The notes: a model not told the origin generated them from the sequence alone. Shown: positions 8,307-15,391, counted from the first letter of the stretch. The stretch is DNA of 32,000 nucleotides from Demequinaceae bacterium (GCA_965250005.1 OZ252279.1:30001-62000), one strand, 5' to 3'. Translations and numbers: made by a program.

Positions 8307-8972
8307 TCAGATGTAATACATTGCGGGCTCGTGCGCCTCGAACACCGGCGTCCGTCCCGCGTCGGCCAGCGCCCTATCCGGGTGTATGTGAGAATCTCCC
8401 GAATCCACCGACGACGCCGCAGTCCCGGCCTCGACAGCCTTGGGGTGCTCGCGAATAACCGCAGGAATCCCGACGGCTGTTGCGCCCTCGGGGATGTCCT
8501 TCACCACCACGGAGTTAGCGCCAATGCGCGCGTCGGATCCGATGTTAACCGGACCGAGCACCTTGGCTCCGGCGCCGATGACCACGCGGTCCCCAACCGT
8601 GGGGTGACGCTTGCCTGGCGACATCGTCGTGCCGCCAAGTGTGACCTGGTGGAACAGCAGCACGTCGTCGCCAATCACCGACGTCTCGCCTACGACTACG
8701 CCCATGCCGTGGTCGATGAATACTCGGCGCCCAATGACGGCACCCGGGTGGATTTCGATGCCCGTCGCAAGCCGCGCGTGCTGAGACAGCAGGCGGCCAG
8801 GGACGCGCATTCCGTGGGTCCACAGCCAGTGTGAAACCCGGTGATACCAGAGCGCCTGGACGCCTTGATAGGACAGCAGCACCACAAAACTGGAGCGGGC
8901 CGCAGGGTCGCGCTCGCGGGCGGCGCGAACATCCTCGCGGATGCGCCCGATCACCCCTACCTTCTTGCTCAT
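8307..8972 (-). CDS. cysE: Serine O-acetyltransferase
   Basis: The 221-aa ORF has the N-terminal RERDPAA motif followed by left-handed beta-helix hexapeptide repeats ([44 protein letters not shown]). Confidence 0.9.
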   Translation of the reverse strand: MSKKVGVIGRIREDVRAARERDPAARSSFVVLLSYQGVQALWYHRVSHWLWTHGMRVPGRLLSQHARLATGIEIHPGAVIGRRVFIDHGMGVVVGETSVIGDDVLLFHQVTLGGTTMSPGKRHPTVGDRVVIGAGAKVLGPVNIGSDARIGANSVVVKDIPEGATAVGIPAVIREHPKAVEAGTAASSVDSGDSHIHPDRALADAGRTPVFEAHEPAMYYI

Positions 8973-8990
8973 GACATGACTCCCGTGGTC

Positions 8991-9926
8991 CTAGTCCATC
9001 AGGTCGGCGTAAAGGACCGAGGTCAGGTAGCGCTCACCGAACGACGGGATGATGACCACGATGGTCTTGCCCTTGTTCTCGGGACGCTTGGCGACCTCGG
9101 TCGCCGCGTGGATAGCCGCGCCAGAGGAGATTCCCACGAGCAGGCCTTCTTGACGGGCTGCCGCGCGCGCGGTGGCGACGGCGGTCTCCGCGTCCACGTC
9201 GATGACCTCATCGATGACGTCGCGGTTGAGGATTTCCGGGATGAAATTGGCGCCGATGCCTTGAATCTTGTGCGGGCCAGGCTCGCCGCCGTTGAGCAGT
9301 GGGGACTCCGCAGGCTCAACCGCGATGATCTGGATGTCCTTGTTCTTCTTCTTGAGGATCTCGCTCACGCCGGTGATGGTTCCGCCGGTGCCGATGCCCG
9401 CAATGAAAATGTCCACCTTGCCGTCAGTGTCGTCCCAGATTTCGACCGCGGTGGTCTTGCGGTGAATCTCCGGGTTGGCCTCGTTGGAGAACTGGCGCGC
9501 GAGGATCGAGCCCGGGCGCTCCTCGGCGATGGTGTTGGCCGCATCGATCGCGCCCTTCATGCCGGTAGGGCCGGGGGTGAGGATGAGCTCAGCGCCGAAC
9601 GCGCGAAGCAGGGCACGCCGCTCCTTCGACATGGTCTCCGGCATGGCCAGCACCACGTTGTAGCCGCGGGCAGCACCCACCATCGCGAGCGCAATGCCGG
9701 TGTTGCCGGAGGTGGCCTCAACAATGGTGCCGCCCGGCTTGAGCGAGCCGTCCTTCTCTGCGGCGTCGACGATCGCGACACCGAGGCGGTCCTTCACGGA
9801 GCTTGCGGGATTGTAAAACTCGAGCTTGCCGAGCACAGTCGCGCCCGCGCCCTCGGTGAGTTTGTTGAGTCGCACCAGCGGGGTGTTGCCAATGAGCTTG
9901 GTGACGTCGTCGTAGATGTTTGCCAT
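8991..9926 (-). CDS. cysK: Cysteine synthase A (O-acetylserine sulfhydrylase)
   Basis: The 311-aa ORF has the PLP lysine motif [19 protein letters not shown] and [14 protein letters not shown] lies upstream of the ATG. Confidence 0.95.
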   Translation of the reverse strand: MANIYDDVTKLIGNTPLVRLNKLTEGAGATVLGKLEFYNPASSVKDRLGVAIVDAAEKDGSLKPGGTIVEATSGNTGIALAMVGAARGYNVVLAMPETMSKERRALLRAFGAELILTPGPTGMKGAIDAANTIAEERPGSILARQFSNEANPEIHRKTTAVEIWDDTDGKVDIFIAGIGTGGTITGVSEILKKKNKDIQIIAVEPAESPLLNGGEPGPHKIQGIGANFIPEILNRDVIDEVIDVDAETAVATARAAARQEGLLVGISSGAAIHAATEVAKRPENKGKTIVVIIPSFGERYLTSVLYADLMD

Positions 9927-10008
9927 GGTCCAGTCCTTAACTGTTGTGCCGCTGTGACGTGGTGCCGCATCGGCTGTAGATGTGAAGTTCTTGCGTGAGA
10001 GCAGGGTG

Positions 10009-10083
10009 GTATCCGGTCGGGATACGTGAGCGAGCGCTGGCGCAGGCGGGATTGGCCTGAAGCCTGGGGAAGTGCCAGCGCTC
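10009..10083 (-). promoter_or_regulatory. Two stem-loops directly following the Cys-rich uORF (candidate attenuator structure)
   Basis: On the minus strand, a 10-bp stem pairs 10083..10074 (GAGCGCTGGC; the first G is the last base of the TAG stop) with 10041..10032, leaving a 32-nt loop. It is followed by GTATCC-CGACC-GGATAC at 10025..10009. Pairing was checked by hand. Function is inferred. Confidence 0.4.
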
Positions 10084-10139
10084 TAGAGACAGCAGCAGCA
10101 GCCCACGCACGTGCACATGCACATGGAGGGCGAGAACAT
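10083..10139 (-). CDS. Polycysteine leader peptide (uORF) of the cysK-cysE operon: MFSPSMCMCTCVGCCCCL
   Basis: Read by hand: ATG TTC TCG CCC TCC ATG TGC ATG TGC ACG TGC GTG GGC TGC TGC TGC TGT CTC TAG. Seven of 18 codons are Cys. The uORF is on the same strand as cysK and ends 156 nt upstream of it. An internal ATG at 10124 gives a 13-codon version. There is no SD. Confidence 0.6.
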   Translation of the reverse strand: MFSPSMCMCTCVGCCCCL

Positions 10140-10141
10140 CG

Positions 10142-10203
10142 AGGCAGGGGCGGACGCAGTCACGTTGGTGACGCGGAGCGTATGAGTGCTCACGGCCCTG
10201 CCT
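10142..10203. other. Nested inverted repeats forming a three-way-junction-like fold (unassigned RNA structure)
   Basis: An outer 8-bp stem pairs AGGCAGGG (10142-10149) with CCCTGCCT (10196-10203). It encloses hairpin CGC-A-GTCAC GTTG GTGAC-GCG (10155-10175) and hairpin GAGC...GCTC (10176-10191). The strand and function are unknown. Confidence 0.3.
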
Positions 10204-10428
10204 TTCCGATGGTCTGGTGGCCTCAGGGTAGCGCGCCAATGGCCGATGTGCCAATGTCCCCACGGCAGATGGGGCTGTTTTCTCCAGGGGCAGCCATAGT
10301 TATCCTGGCCGAAAGGCGCTCCGGCGCACGATCAACGCGGCGGCGTGGGAAGCCCCTCTTCCGCGTTTGAGCATCCGGCGCTAGTCTGGCCGAGTAGTCG
10401 CGACGACGATGTCGCCTGAGGAGGGACC

Positions 10429-10884
10429 ATGGGTTACCCGACGCTGACGGTTGCGCGCGAGATCAAGGCGTCGCCCGCGGCGGTGTGGAAGGTCTTGACT
10501 GATCTCGACAACGCACCCAAGAACATCAAAGGTATTGACGCGGTCGAACGCGTCGATGGAAAGGGTTATGCGGTGGGCGTCAGCTGGCGAGAGACGCGCC
10601 GCATTTTTGGCAAAGCCCAGACCGAGCTGATGGAAGTCGCGACTGCAGACAAGCCCAAATCGACCTCGGTGGTATCGGAGTCGTCCGGCACGGTGTTCAC
10701 GACCAAGTTCACGCTCGCCCCTGGCTCATCTAGCACGCGACTCGAATGCGAGTTCAGCGCAGTCGCGGGTGAACTGACCGTGGGCCAGCGAATCTTGACC
10801 GCGATCTTCTCGAAAGCAGGAATGAGCGCGAGCAAGAAAATGCTCGAGCAAGACTTGGCGGATATTGCTGCCGCCGCGGAGTAA
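10429..10884 (+). CDS. SRPBCC (START/polyketide-cyclase-like) family protein
   Basis: The 151-aa ORF has GAGGAGGG just upstream of the ATG. Its N-terminal pattern IKASPAAVWKVLTDLDNAPKNIKGIDAVE is typical of SRPBCC ligand-binding proteins. Confidence 0.8.
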   Translation: MGYPTLTVAREIKASPAAVWKVLTDLDNAPKNIKGIDAVERVDGKGYAVGVSWRETRRIFGKAQTELMEVATADKPKSTSVVSESSGTVFTTKFTLAPGSSSTRLECEFSAVAGELTVGQRILTAIFSKAGMSASKKMLEQDLADIAAAAE

Positions 10885-10948
10885 ACCGCAGGGCGCGGCG
10901 CTCATGGAGATTTCGGCAGCGTAGCCGGAGATTAACGGAGGACATGGC

Positions 10949-11368
10949 ATGGATTGGTTTTCATTTGACGACGTCACGTGGCTTGGAGTAATTCTCGCCA
11001 CGGTGTCCGCGTTCGCCGTGGGCATGAGCTGGTACTCGCTCAAAGCATTCGGGACCCGATGGATGGGCTACATCGGCAAAACAGAGAAGCAACTCCGGTC
11101 CGCCGGCGGCGTCCTCACGTACACGCTCACCATCGTCACGGCCTTCGCGACTGCGCTGCTACTCAACATCCTCATGGGAGCCCTCGCGATCGGAACTCCG
11201 CTCGACGGCGCAATCTTTGGTGCGGTCGTTGGGCTCGTATTCCGCCTTGGAACGCACGTCATTCACAACGGCTTCGCCGCGCGTCCCCAGGGGCTGATGC
11301 TCATCGACGGCGGCCATGACATTGTGGCGCTCGCCGCGGCCGGCGCGATCATCGGAGCGTTCATCTAG
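10949..11368 (+). CDS. DUF1761 family membrane protein
   Basis: The 139-aa ORF starts with WLGVILATVSAFAVGMSWYSLKAFGTRWMGYIGKTEKQL, which matches the DUF1761 N-terminal signature. It has 3-4 hydrophobic helices. Confidence 0.75.
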   Translation: MDWFSFDDVTWLGVILATVSAFAVGMSWYSLKAFGTRWMGYIGKTEKQLRSAGGVLTYTLTIVTAFATALLLNILMGALAIGTPLDGAIFGAVVGLVFRLGTHVIHNGFAARPQGLMLIDGGHDIVALAAAGAIIGAFI

Positions 11369-11431
11369 GCTATAAATAGCTGTGGCACACGCGCCCCCTC
11401 AATCCCCCCTCTTGGGCGCGAGTGAAACAAA

Positions 11432-11463
11432 GCGAGGCGGGGTTCTTCGGAGCCCCGCCTCGC
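11432..11463. terminator. Bidirectional intrinsic terminator between convergent genes
   Basis: GCGAGGCGGGG-TTCTTCGGAG-CCCCGCCTCGC forms a perfect 11-bp stem. It is flanked by AAA on the left and GCTTTGC on the right. Confidence 0.6.
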
Positions 11464-11482
11464 GCTTTGCATCGGGGGAGCG

Positions 11483-12211
11483 CTATTCTGCGGTGCGCAG
11501 CTTGAGTTTGCGCAGGCGGCGGACGGCGAAGAGCACCGCAGCCACCGTTGAGGCAGCGATGAGGACCATGCCAGTGGTGAAGCTCACGGCTGAGAAGACG
11601 CCCCACTGGATGCCATCCCCACCGAGCAGTTTCTCTGCAGCGGCGGCGGCCCATTGCCGGACGCTCACGGTCTGGATACCGGGGACAAACGCTGCGAGCG
11701 TGGTCTCCCACAGCAACGCGTAGATCAGGCCGATGATAACTGCGTTTCGCGACACAATCGCCATCGCGAAGAAGATGGACACGTACGCGATCGACGCGAG
11801 AGCGGCGGAGATGCCGAAGGACGCGGCGAGCTTGGCGTCCTGGTCGCCGGCGAGCAGAGTCGACAGCACCACCGGCACCACGCCCAGCAACATCGCCGAT
11901 GCGTAGGCAACGGCGAGCTTGGACAAGGCAATCGTGCGGCGCGGGAGCGGTTTGGCGAGCAGGTAGGCGATGGACGAGTCCTCGATCTCGGGGCCGATCA
12001 CGCCGGTGCCGATCAGCAGGCACAGCAACGGGATGACGGTGCCTAGTGTGAAGTTGCTGGTGAGCCCCGCGGTGGTGGCGGGGTCGCCGCCGGAGCCCCA
12101 GCGCGTGAGGCCCGCGACCAGCAGCATCAGCGCGGGCAGGGTGGCGAGCAGCCAGGCGCGCTTGCTCCCGAGCAGACCGCGGGCCGTCATCTGCATCACG
12201 ACGATGTTCAT
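11483..12211 (-). CDS. ABC-2 type transporter permease (second permease of operon)
   Basis: The 242-aa polytopic hydrophobic protein is the last gene of the four-gene minus-strand ABC operon. Its ATG overlaps the stop of a 6-codon mini-ORF. Confidence 0.8.
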   Translation of the reverse strand: MNIVVMQMTARGLLGSKRAWLLATLPALMLLVAGLTRWGSGGDPATTAGLTSNFTLGTVIPLLCLLIGTGVIGPEIEDSSIAYLLAKPLPRRTIALSKLAVAYASAMLLGVVPVVLSTLLAGDQDAKLAASFGISAALASIAYVSIFFAMAIVSRNAVIIGLIYALLWETTLAAFVPGIQTVSVRQWAAAAAEKLLGGDGIQWGVFSAVSFTTGMVLIAASTVAAVLFAVRRLRKLKLRTAE

Positions 12212-12238
12212 GAGCGGGCTCCAATCATGAGCGGGCTC
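12208..12238 (-). repeat. 14-nt tandem direct repeat (17-nt period) spanning the permease start codon
   Basis: The plus strand reads TCATGAGCGGGCTC at 12208-12221 and again at 12225-12238. On the coding strand this is GAGCCCGCTCATGA twice, which duplicates the ATG context. Confidence 0.8.
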
Positions 12239-12251
12239 GTGAGGTCCGCGT

Positions 12252-13163
12252 TCATCGCGTCACCAGGTACGAGAAGACGCTCTCGAGCGACTCGTCAGCT
12301 GGGGTTACCTCGTGGAGCAGGATCTTGCCCTTGACGGCTAGTCCAGGCAGGGCGTGGACGAACGCCCCGTAGTCGGCCGCCTGGACCTCGAGGCCCTTGG
12401 CGGTGAGCGAGACGGAATCGGCAGCACCCGAGGTGATGATCGCTGCGGCGAGCGCGCGGTCGTCGCTGGAAACCACCGTGTACTGGTGCGGCCGCTCGGT
12501 CATGAGCTGCCGGATCTTGCGGAAGTCGCCAGAGGCGGCGTGCCGGCCCGCGACCACCACCTCGATCTTCCCGGCGATCTCCTCGACCTCCTCGAGAATG
12601 TGACTGGAGAACAGGACGGTGCGGCCCTCGCGGCTCAGGCGGTGCAGCAGGTCCAGCAGGTGGAGGCGCTGGCGCGGGTCCATGCCGTTAAACGGTTCGT
12701 CGAGCAGCAGCACAGACGGCTGGTGGACCAGGGCGGTCGCCATCTTGACCCGCTGCTTCATGCCCTTGGAGTACTTGCCGAGCTGACGGTCGCGCGGCTC
12801 CATCATGTCGACGGCCTCGAGCGCGGCGCGCGCGGCGGCGCCGGGCTTGTCGAGTCCGTGCAGTTGAGCGTTCGCCAGTACGAACTGCCAGCCGGTCATG
12901 GTGTCGTACATCGCCTCGGCTTCCGGGACCATGCCGATGGTGCGATAGGACTCGGTGCGATCCCAGACGGGCTCTCCGTCGAGCGTCACGGTGCCGTGCG
13001 AGGGCGGCAGGAAGCCGCCCATCATTGAAATGAGCGTGGACTTGCCCGCGCCGTTCGGCCCGAGCAGGCCGGTCACGCCTGGGCCGACTGTCATGGTGAC
13101 GTCGTTGACCGCGACCACGTTGCCGAACCAGCGCGAGACGCCGGTCAGTTCGAGGATGCTCAT
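12252..13163 (-). CDS. ABC transporter ATP-binding protein (second ATPase of operon)
   Basis: The 303-aa ORF has Walker A GPNGAGKST, signature YSKGMKQR and Walker B VLLLDEPFNG. Its start overlaps the upstream stop (ATGA at 13160-13163). Confidence 0.9.
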   Translation of the reverse strand: MSILELTGVSRWFGNVVAVNDVTMTVGPGVTGLLGPNGAGKSTLISMMGGFLPPSHGTVTLDGEPVWDRTESYRTIGMVPEAEAMYDTMTGWQFVLANAQLHGLDKPGAAARAALEAVDMMEPRDRQLGKYSKGMKQRVKMATALVHQPSVLLLDEPFNGMDPRQRLHLLDLLHRLSREGRTVLFSSHILEEVEEIAGKIEVVVAGRHAASGDFRKIRQLMTERPHQYTVVSSDDRALAAAIITSGAADSVSLTAKGLEVQAADYGAFVHALPGLAVKGKILLHEVTPADESLESVFSYLVTR

Positions 13164-14080
13164 ACGCCGCCCACTTTCCGGAAGCGGCGCAGCAGCAGGG
13201 CCACGGAGCCGCTTGTCATGACGAGGAACACCAGAGTCGCGGCCAGGCCGGCGGTGAAGCCCGACGGCGCGAGGAACTCATCGCCTGTGGCGGCGCCCAA
13301 CCACGACACCCCGAGGGAGTTCACCACGGCATACGGGTCCAGCAATTGGTAGAAGAATCCGGAGGACTCGCTGACCTGTTCCGACACGATCACGGCGACC
13401 GAGAGTGCGAGGCCCTTGATCAGGATCAAGGCGCTCACAATGGCAGCAATTCCCATCCCGCGCTTGAGGGTCACAGACGCGATGGTGAGGGCGATGCTGC
13501 TCAGCAGGATCGCCAGCAGCGCCGCCATCAGTAGTCCGCCGAGCCACTCCAGCGTCTGACCACCGAACGACAACTTGCCGAGCAGGGCGCCTAGGTACAT
13601 GACCGTCAGCGGGATCGCGAGCAGGATGAACGTCGCGAGCGACAGACCCGCCAGTTTGGCCCACACGTAGTCGGCCCGTTTGAGGGGTCGTGACAAGTAC
13701 AGCGGGAGCACGCCGGCGCGCAGGTCGCGCGAGACCGCGTACGGCGCCCGGCTGGCCACGAAGAGCGTGATGAGGATTGAAGCGTTTCCGGGGAACTGCG
13801 TATACGAAACTTCGAGGCCGGGCTCGCCGCCCAAAACCGCAGTGACGCCCAGGAACAGAATTATCAGCAAGACCACAGCGAAAGCCACGAGCATCCCGAG
13901 CAGCACCACTGGCATCGCCTTGGCGCGCGCGGGGCGGCCGAGCCCAAACGCGCCGCGGAGCGTCTCGATCACGAGCGACCGGAAGATCCAGTCGCGGCTC
14001 AGGCGCGGCCCGTCGTAGTGGCGAAAGCCGATGTCGTGAATCGCGTCGCCGGGCGCCGCAGCGGGCGTGATCTCACTCAT
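13160..14080 (-). CDS. ABC-2 type transporter permease (first permease of operon)
   Basis: I place the start at ATG 14080..14078 (MSEITPAAAPGDAIHDIGFRHYDGPRLSRDW...). It overlaps the upstream ATPase stop by 8 nt. The protein has 6 hydrophobic helices. The 148 extra N-terminal codons of the track ORF overlap the ATPase gene out of frame. Confidence 0.8.
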   Translation of the reverse strand: MSEITPAAAPGDAIHDIGFRHYDGPRLSRDWIFRSLVIETLRGAFGLGRPARAKAMPVVLLGMLVAFAVVLLIILFLGVTAVLGGEPGLEVSYTQFPGNASILITLFVASRAPYAVSRDLRAGVLPLYLSRPLKRADYVWAKLAGLSLATFILLAIPLTVMYLGALLGKLSFGGQTLEWLGGLLMAALLAILLSSIALTIASVTLKRGMGIAAIVSALILIKGLALSVAVIVSEQVSESSGFFYQLLDPYAVVNSLGVSWLGAATGDEFLAPSGFTAGLAATLVFLVMTSGSVALLLRRFRKVGGV

Positions 14081-14993
14081 GGCTGGCACCCTCCGCGTCG
14101 GCGAATATTTCTGACAGATGGTGGCGGCGCTGCTGCAGGCGGACCAGCCCCACACCCTCGTCGGTGACAGCCTTGGGGACCAGCGCGAGCTGTTTGTCGG
14201 TTGGCGCTTCGATTGCGAAGGAGTGCGGGTCTGTGCCGACGGCCACGGTGAGGCCAGCCTTGGACAGGCGCGCCGCGACCTCGGCGGATTTTTCGGTGAC
14301 CTCGACGAGCGCCACGCCGCTGTTCTGCATGGCCGCGGCGGTCGCGGTGAACTTCTGGAGCTTGCCTTCCTCGATGACGACAACGTGGTTGGAGATGCGC
14401 TCGAGTTCGCCCAACAGGTGGGACGTGACGAGCACGTTGATCGCGAAGTCGCCGCTGATGCGCGCGATGAGTTCGAGCATCTCGTCGCGGCCGGCGGGAT
14501 CGAGGCCGTTGGTGGGTTCGTCAAGCAGGACCAGCTGCGGGTCGTGGACCAGCGCCTGAGCGAGCTTGACGCGCTGCTTCATGCCGGTGGAGTAGCCGCC
14601 AATCTCGCGGTAGCGCTCCTCGTAGAGCCCCACGTGGCGCAGGGTGTCTGACGCGCGCTCGCGGGCGGCGTCGTATGGCAGGCCGGACATGCGCGCCATG
14701 TGGACGAGGAACTCCGTCGCGGACACATCGAGGGGCAGGCACTCGCTCTCGGGCATGTAGCCCACGCTCTGGCGGACCTTCAGCCCGTCCGTCGCGCAGT
14801 CAAGGCCGAGGACATGGGCGGTGCCCGCCGTCGCGGGCTGCAGGCCCAGCAGAATCTTGATGAGCGTGGACTTGCCGGCGCCGTTCGCGCCCACCAGCCC
14901 CACTACGCCCTCGGGGACCGCCACCGTGAGGTCGGACAGCGCCGTCACGTCGCCGAACGTCTTGGTCACGCCATGGATGTCGATCACGGTCAT
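14073..14993 (-). CDS. ABC transporter ATP-binding protein (first ATPase of operon)
   Basis: The 306-aa ORF has Walker A GANGAGKST, signature YSTGMKQR and Walker B LVLLDEPTNG, followed by a C-terminal accessory domain. Confidence 0.9.
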   Translation of the reverse strand: MTVIDIHGVTKTFGDVTALSDLTVAVPEGVVGLVGANGAGKSTLIKILLGLQPATAGTAHVLGLDCATDGLKVRQSVGYMPESECLPLDVSATEFLVHMARMSGLPYDAARERASDTLRHVGLYEERYREIGGYSTGMKQRVKLAQALVHDPQLVLLDEPTNGLDPAGRDEMLELIARISGDFAINVLVTSHLLGELERISNHVVVIEEGKLQKFTATAAAMQNSGVALVEVTEKSAEVAARLSKAGLTVAVGTDPHSFAIEAPTDKQLALVPKAVTDEGVGLVRLQQRRHHLSEIFADAEGASHE

Positions 14994-15106
14994 GTAGTTA
15001 CCTTAGGAGGACTGCGGCTTGCGAAACATCCCCCGCGGTAATGAAACCGGACTCAGGGGAGCCCCCTAGGAGAGAATGCGAAGGCATCTGTCGAACGGAA
15101 TAGAGA

Positions 15107-15128
15107 CCGCTTCTATACGTCGAAGCGG
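15107..15128 (-). terminator. Hairpin just 3' of tRNA-Gly
   Basis: The minus strand reads CCGCTTC-GACGTATA-GAAGCGG, followed by TCTCTATT. The hairpin begins 4 nt after the tRNA 3' end. Confidence 0.4.
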
Positions 15129-15131
15129 CGG

Positions 15132-15205
15132 TGGAGCGGGCGACGGGAATCGAACCCGCGTGATCAGTTTGGAAAACTGAGGCTCTACCATTGAGCTACG
15201 CCCGC
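15132..15205 (-). tRNA. tRNA-Gly (anticodon UCC), CCA encoded
   Basis: Hand-folded cloverleaf: acceptor GCGGGCG/CGCCCGC, D arm GCTC-AATGGTA-GAGC, anticodon arm TCAGT-TTTCCAA-ACTGA, T arm GCGGG-TTCGATT-CCCGT, 3' TCCA. Confidence 0.9.
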
Positions 15206-15208
15206 AAT

Positions 15209-15222
15209 GCTGCACGTGCAGC
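15209..15222. promoter_or_regulatory. Perfect 14-bp palindrome between the divergent tRNA genes
   Basis: GCTGCACGTGCAGC begins 4 nt upstream of the tRNA-Gly 5' end. Function is unknown. Confidence 0.3.
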
Positions 15223-15297
15223 GCGTACTAGAGTAGCCGAGCCTGCCACATGGTGGGAACCGCTCAAGTACGCGTGTGTTCTACGCGGCGAGGGCAA

Positions 15298-15371
15298 CGG
15301 GGTGTAGCGCAGCTTGGTAGCGCATCTGCTTTGGGAGCAGAGGGTCGCAGGTTCAAATCCTGTCACCCCGA
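15298..15371 (+). tRNA. tRNA-Pro (anticodon UGG), CCA not encoded
   Basis: Hand-folded cloverleaf: acceptor CGGGGTG/CACCCCG, D arm GCGC-AGCTTGGTA-GCGC, anticodon arm TCTGC-TTTGGGA-GCAGA, T arm GCAGG-TTCAAAT-CCTGT. Confidence 0.9.
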
Positions 15372-15391
15372 CAACGAGCACGAACGGCGCG

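Noticed and set aside
8841-9998. 385-aa plus-strand ORF
   Set aside because: It is antisense to cysK and cysE, which carry unambiguous motifs. This is a shadow ORF.
9937-10370. ORFs 10026..10370 (+, 114 aa) and 9937..10263 (-, 108 aa) in the cysK upstream gap
   Set aside because: They have no SD and no recognisable fold, and their composition is Arg/His/Ala-rich. The region is better explained as regulatory RNA or DNA (see findings).
9927-10428. Known riboswitch or T-box in the cysK leader
   Set aside because: I could not recognise the conserved cores of SAM, SAH or T-box elements by eye. The Cys-codon uORF is the better-supported explanation. A covariance-model scan is still needed.
14081-14524. 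148 extra N-terminal codons of ORF 13160..14524 (-)
   Set aside because: They overlap the first ABC ATPase out of frame with Ser/Pro/Arg-rich junk. The permease begins at ATG 14080.
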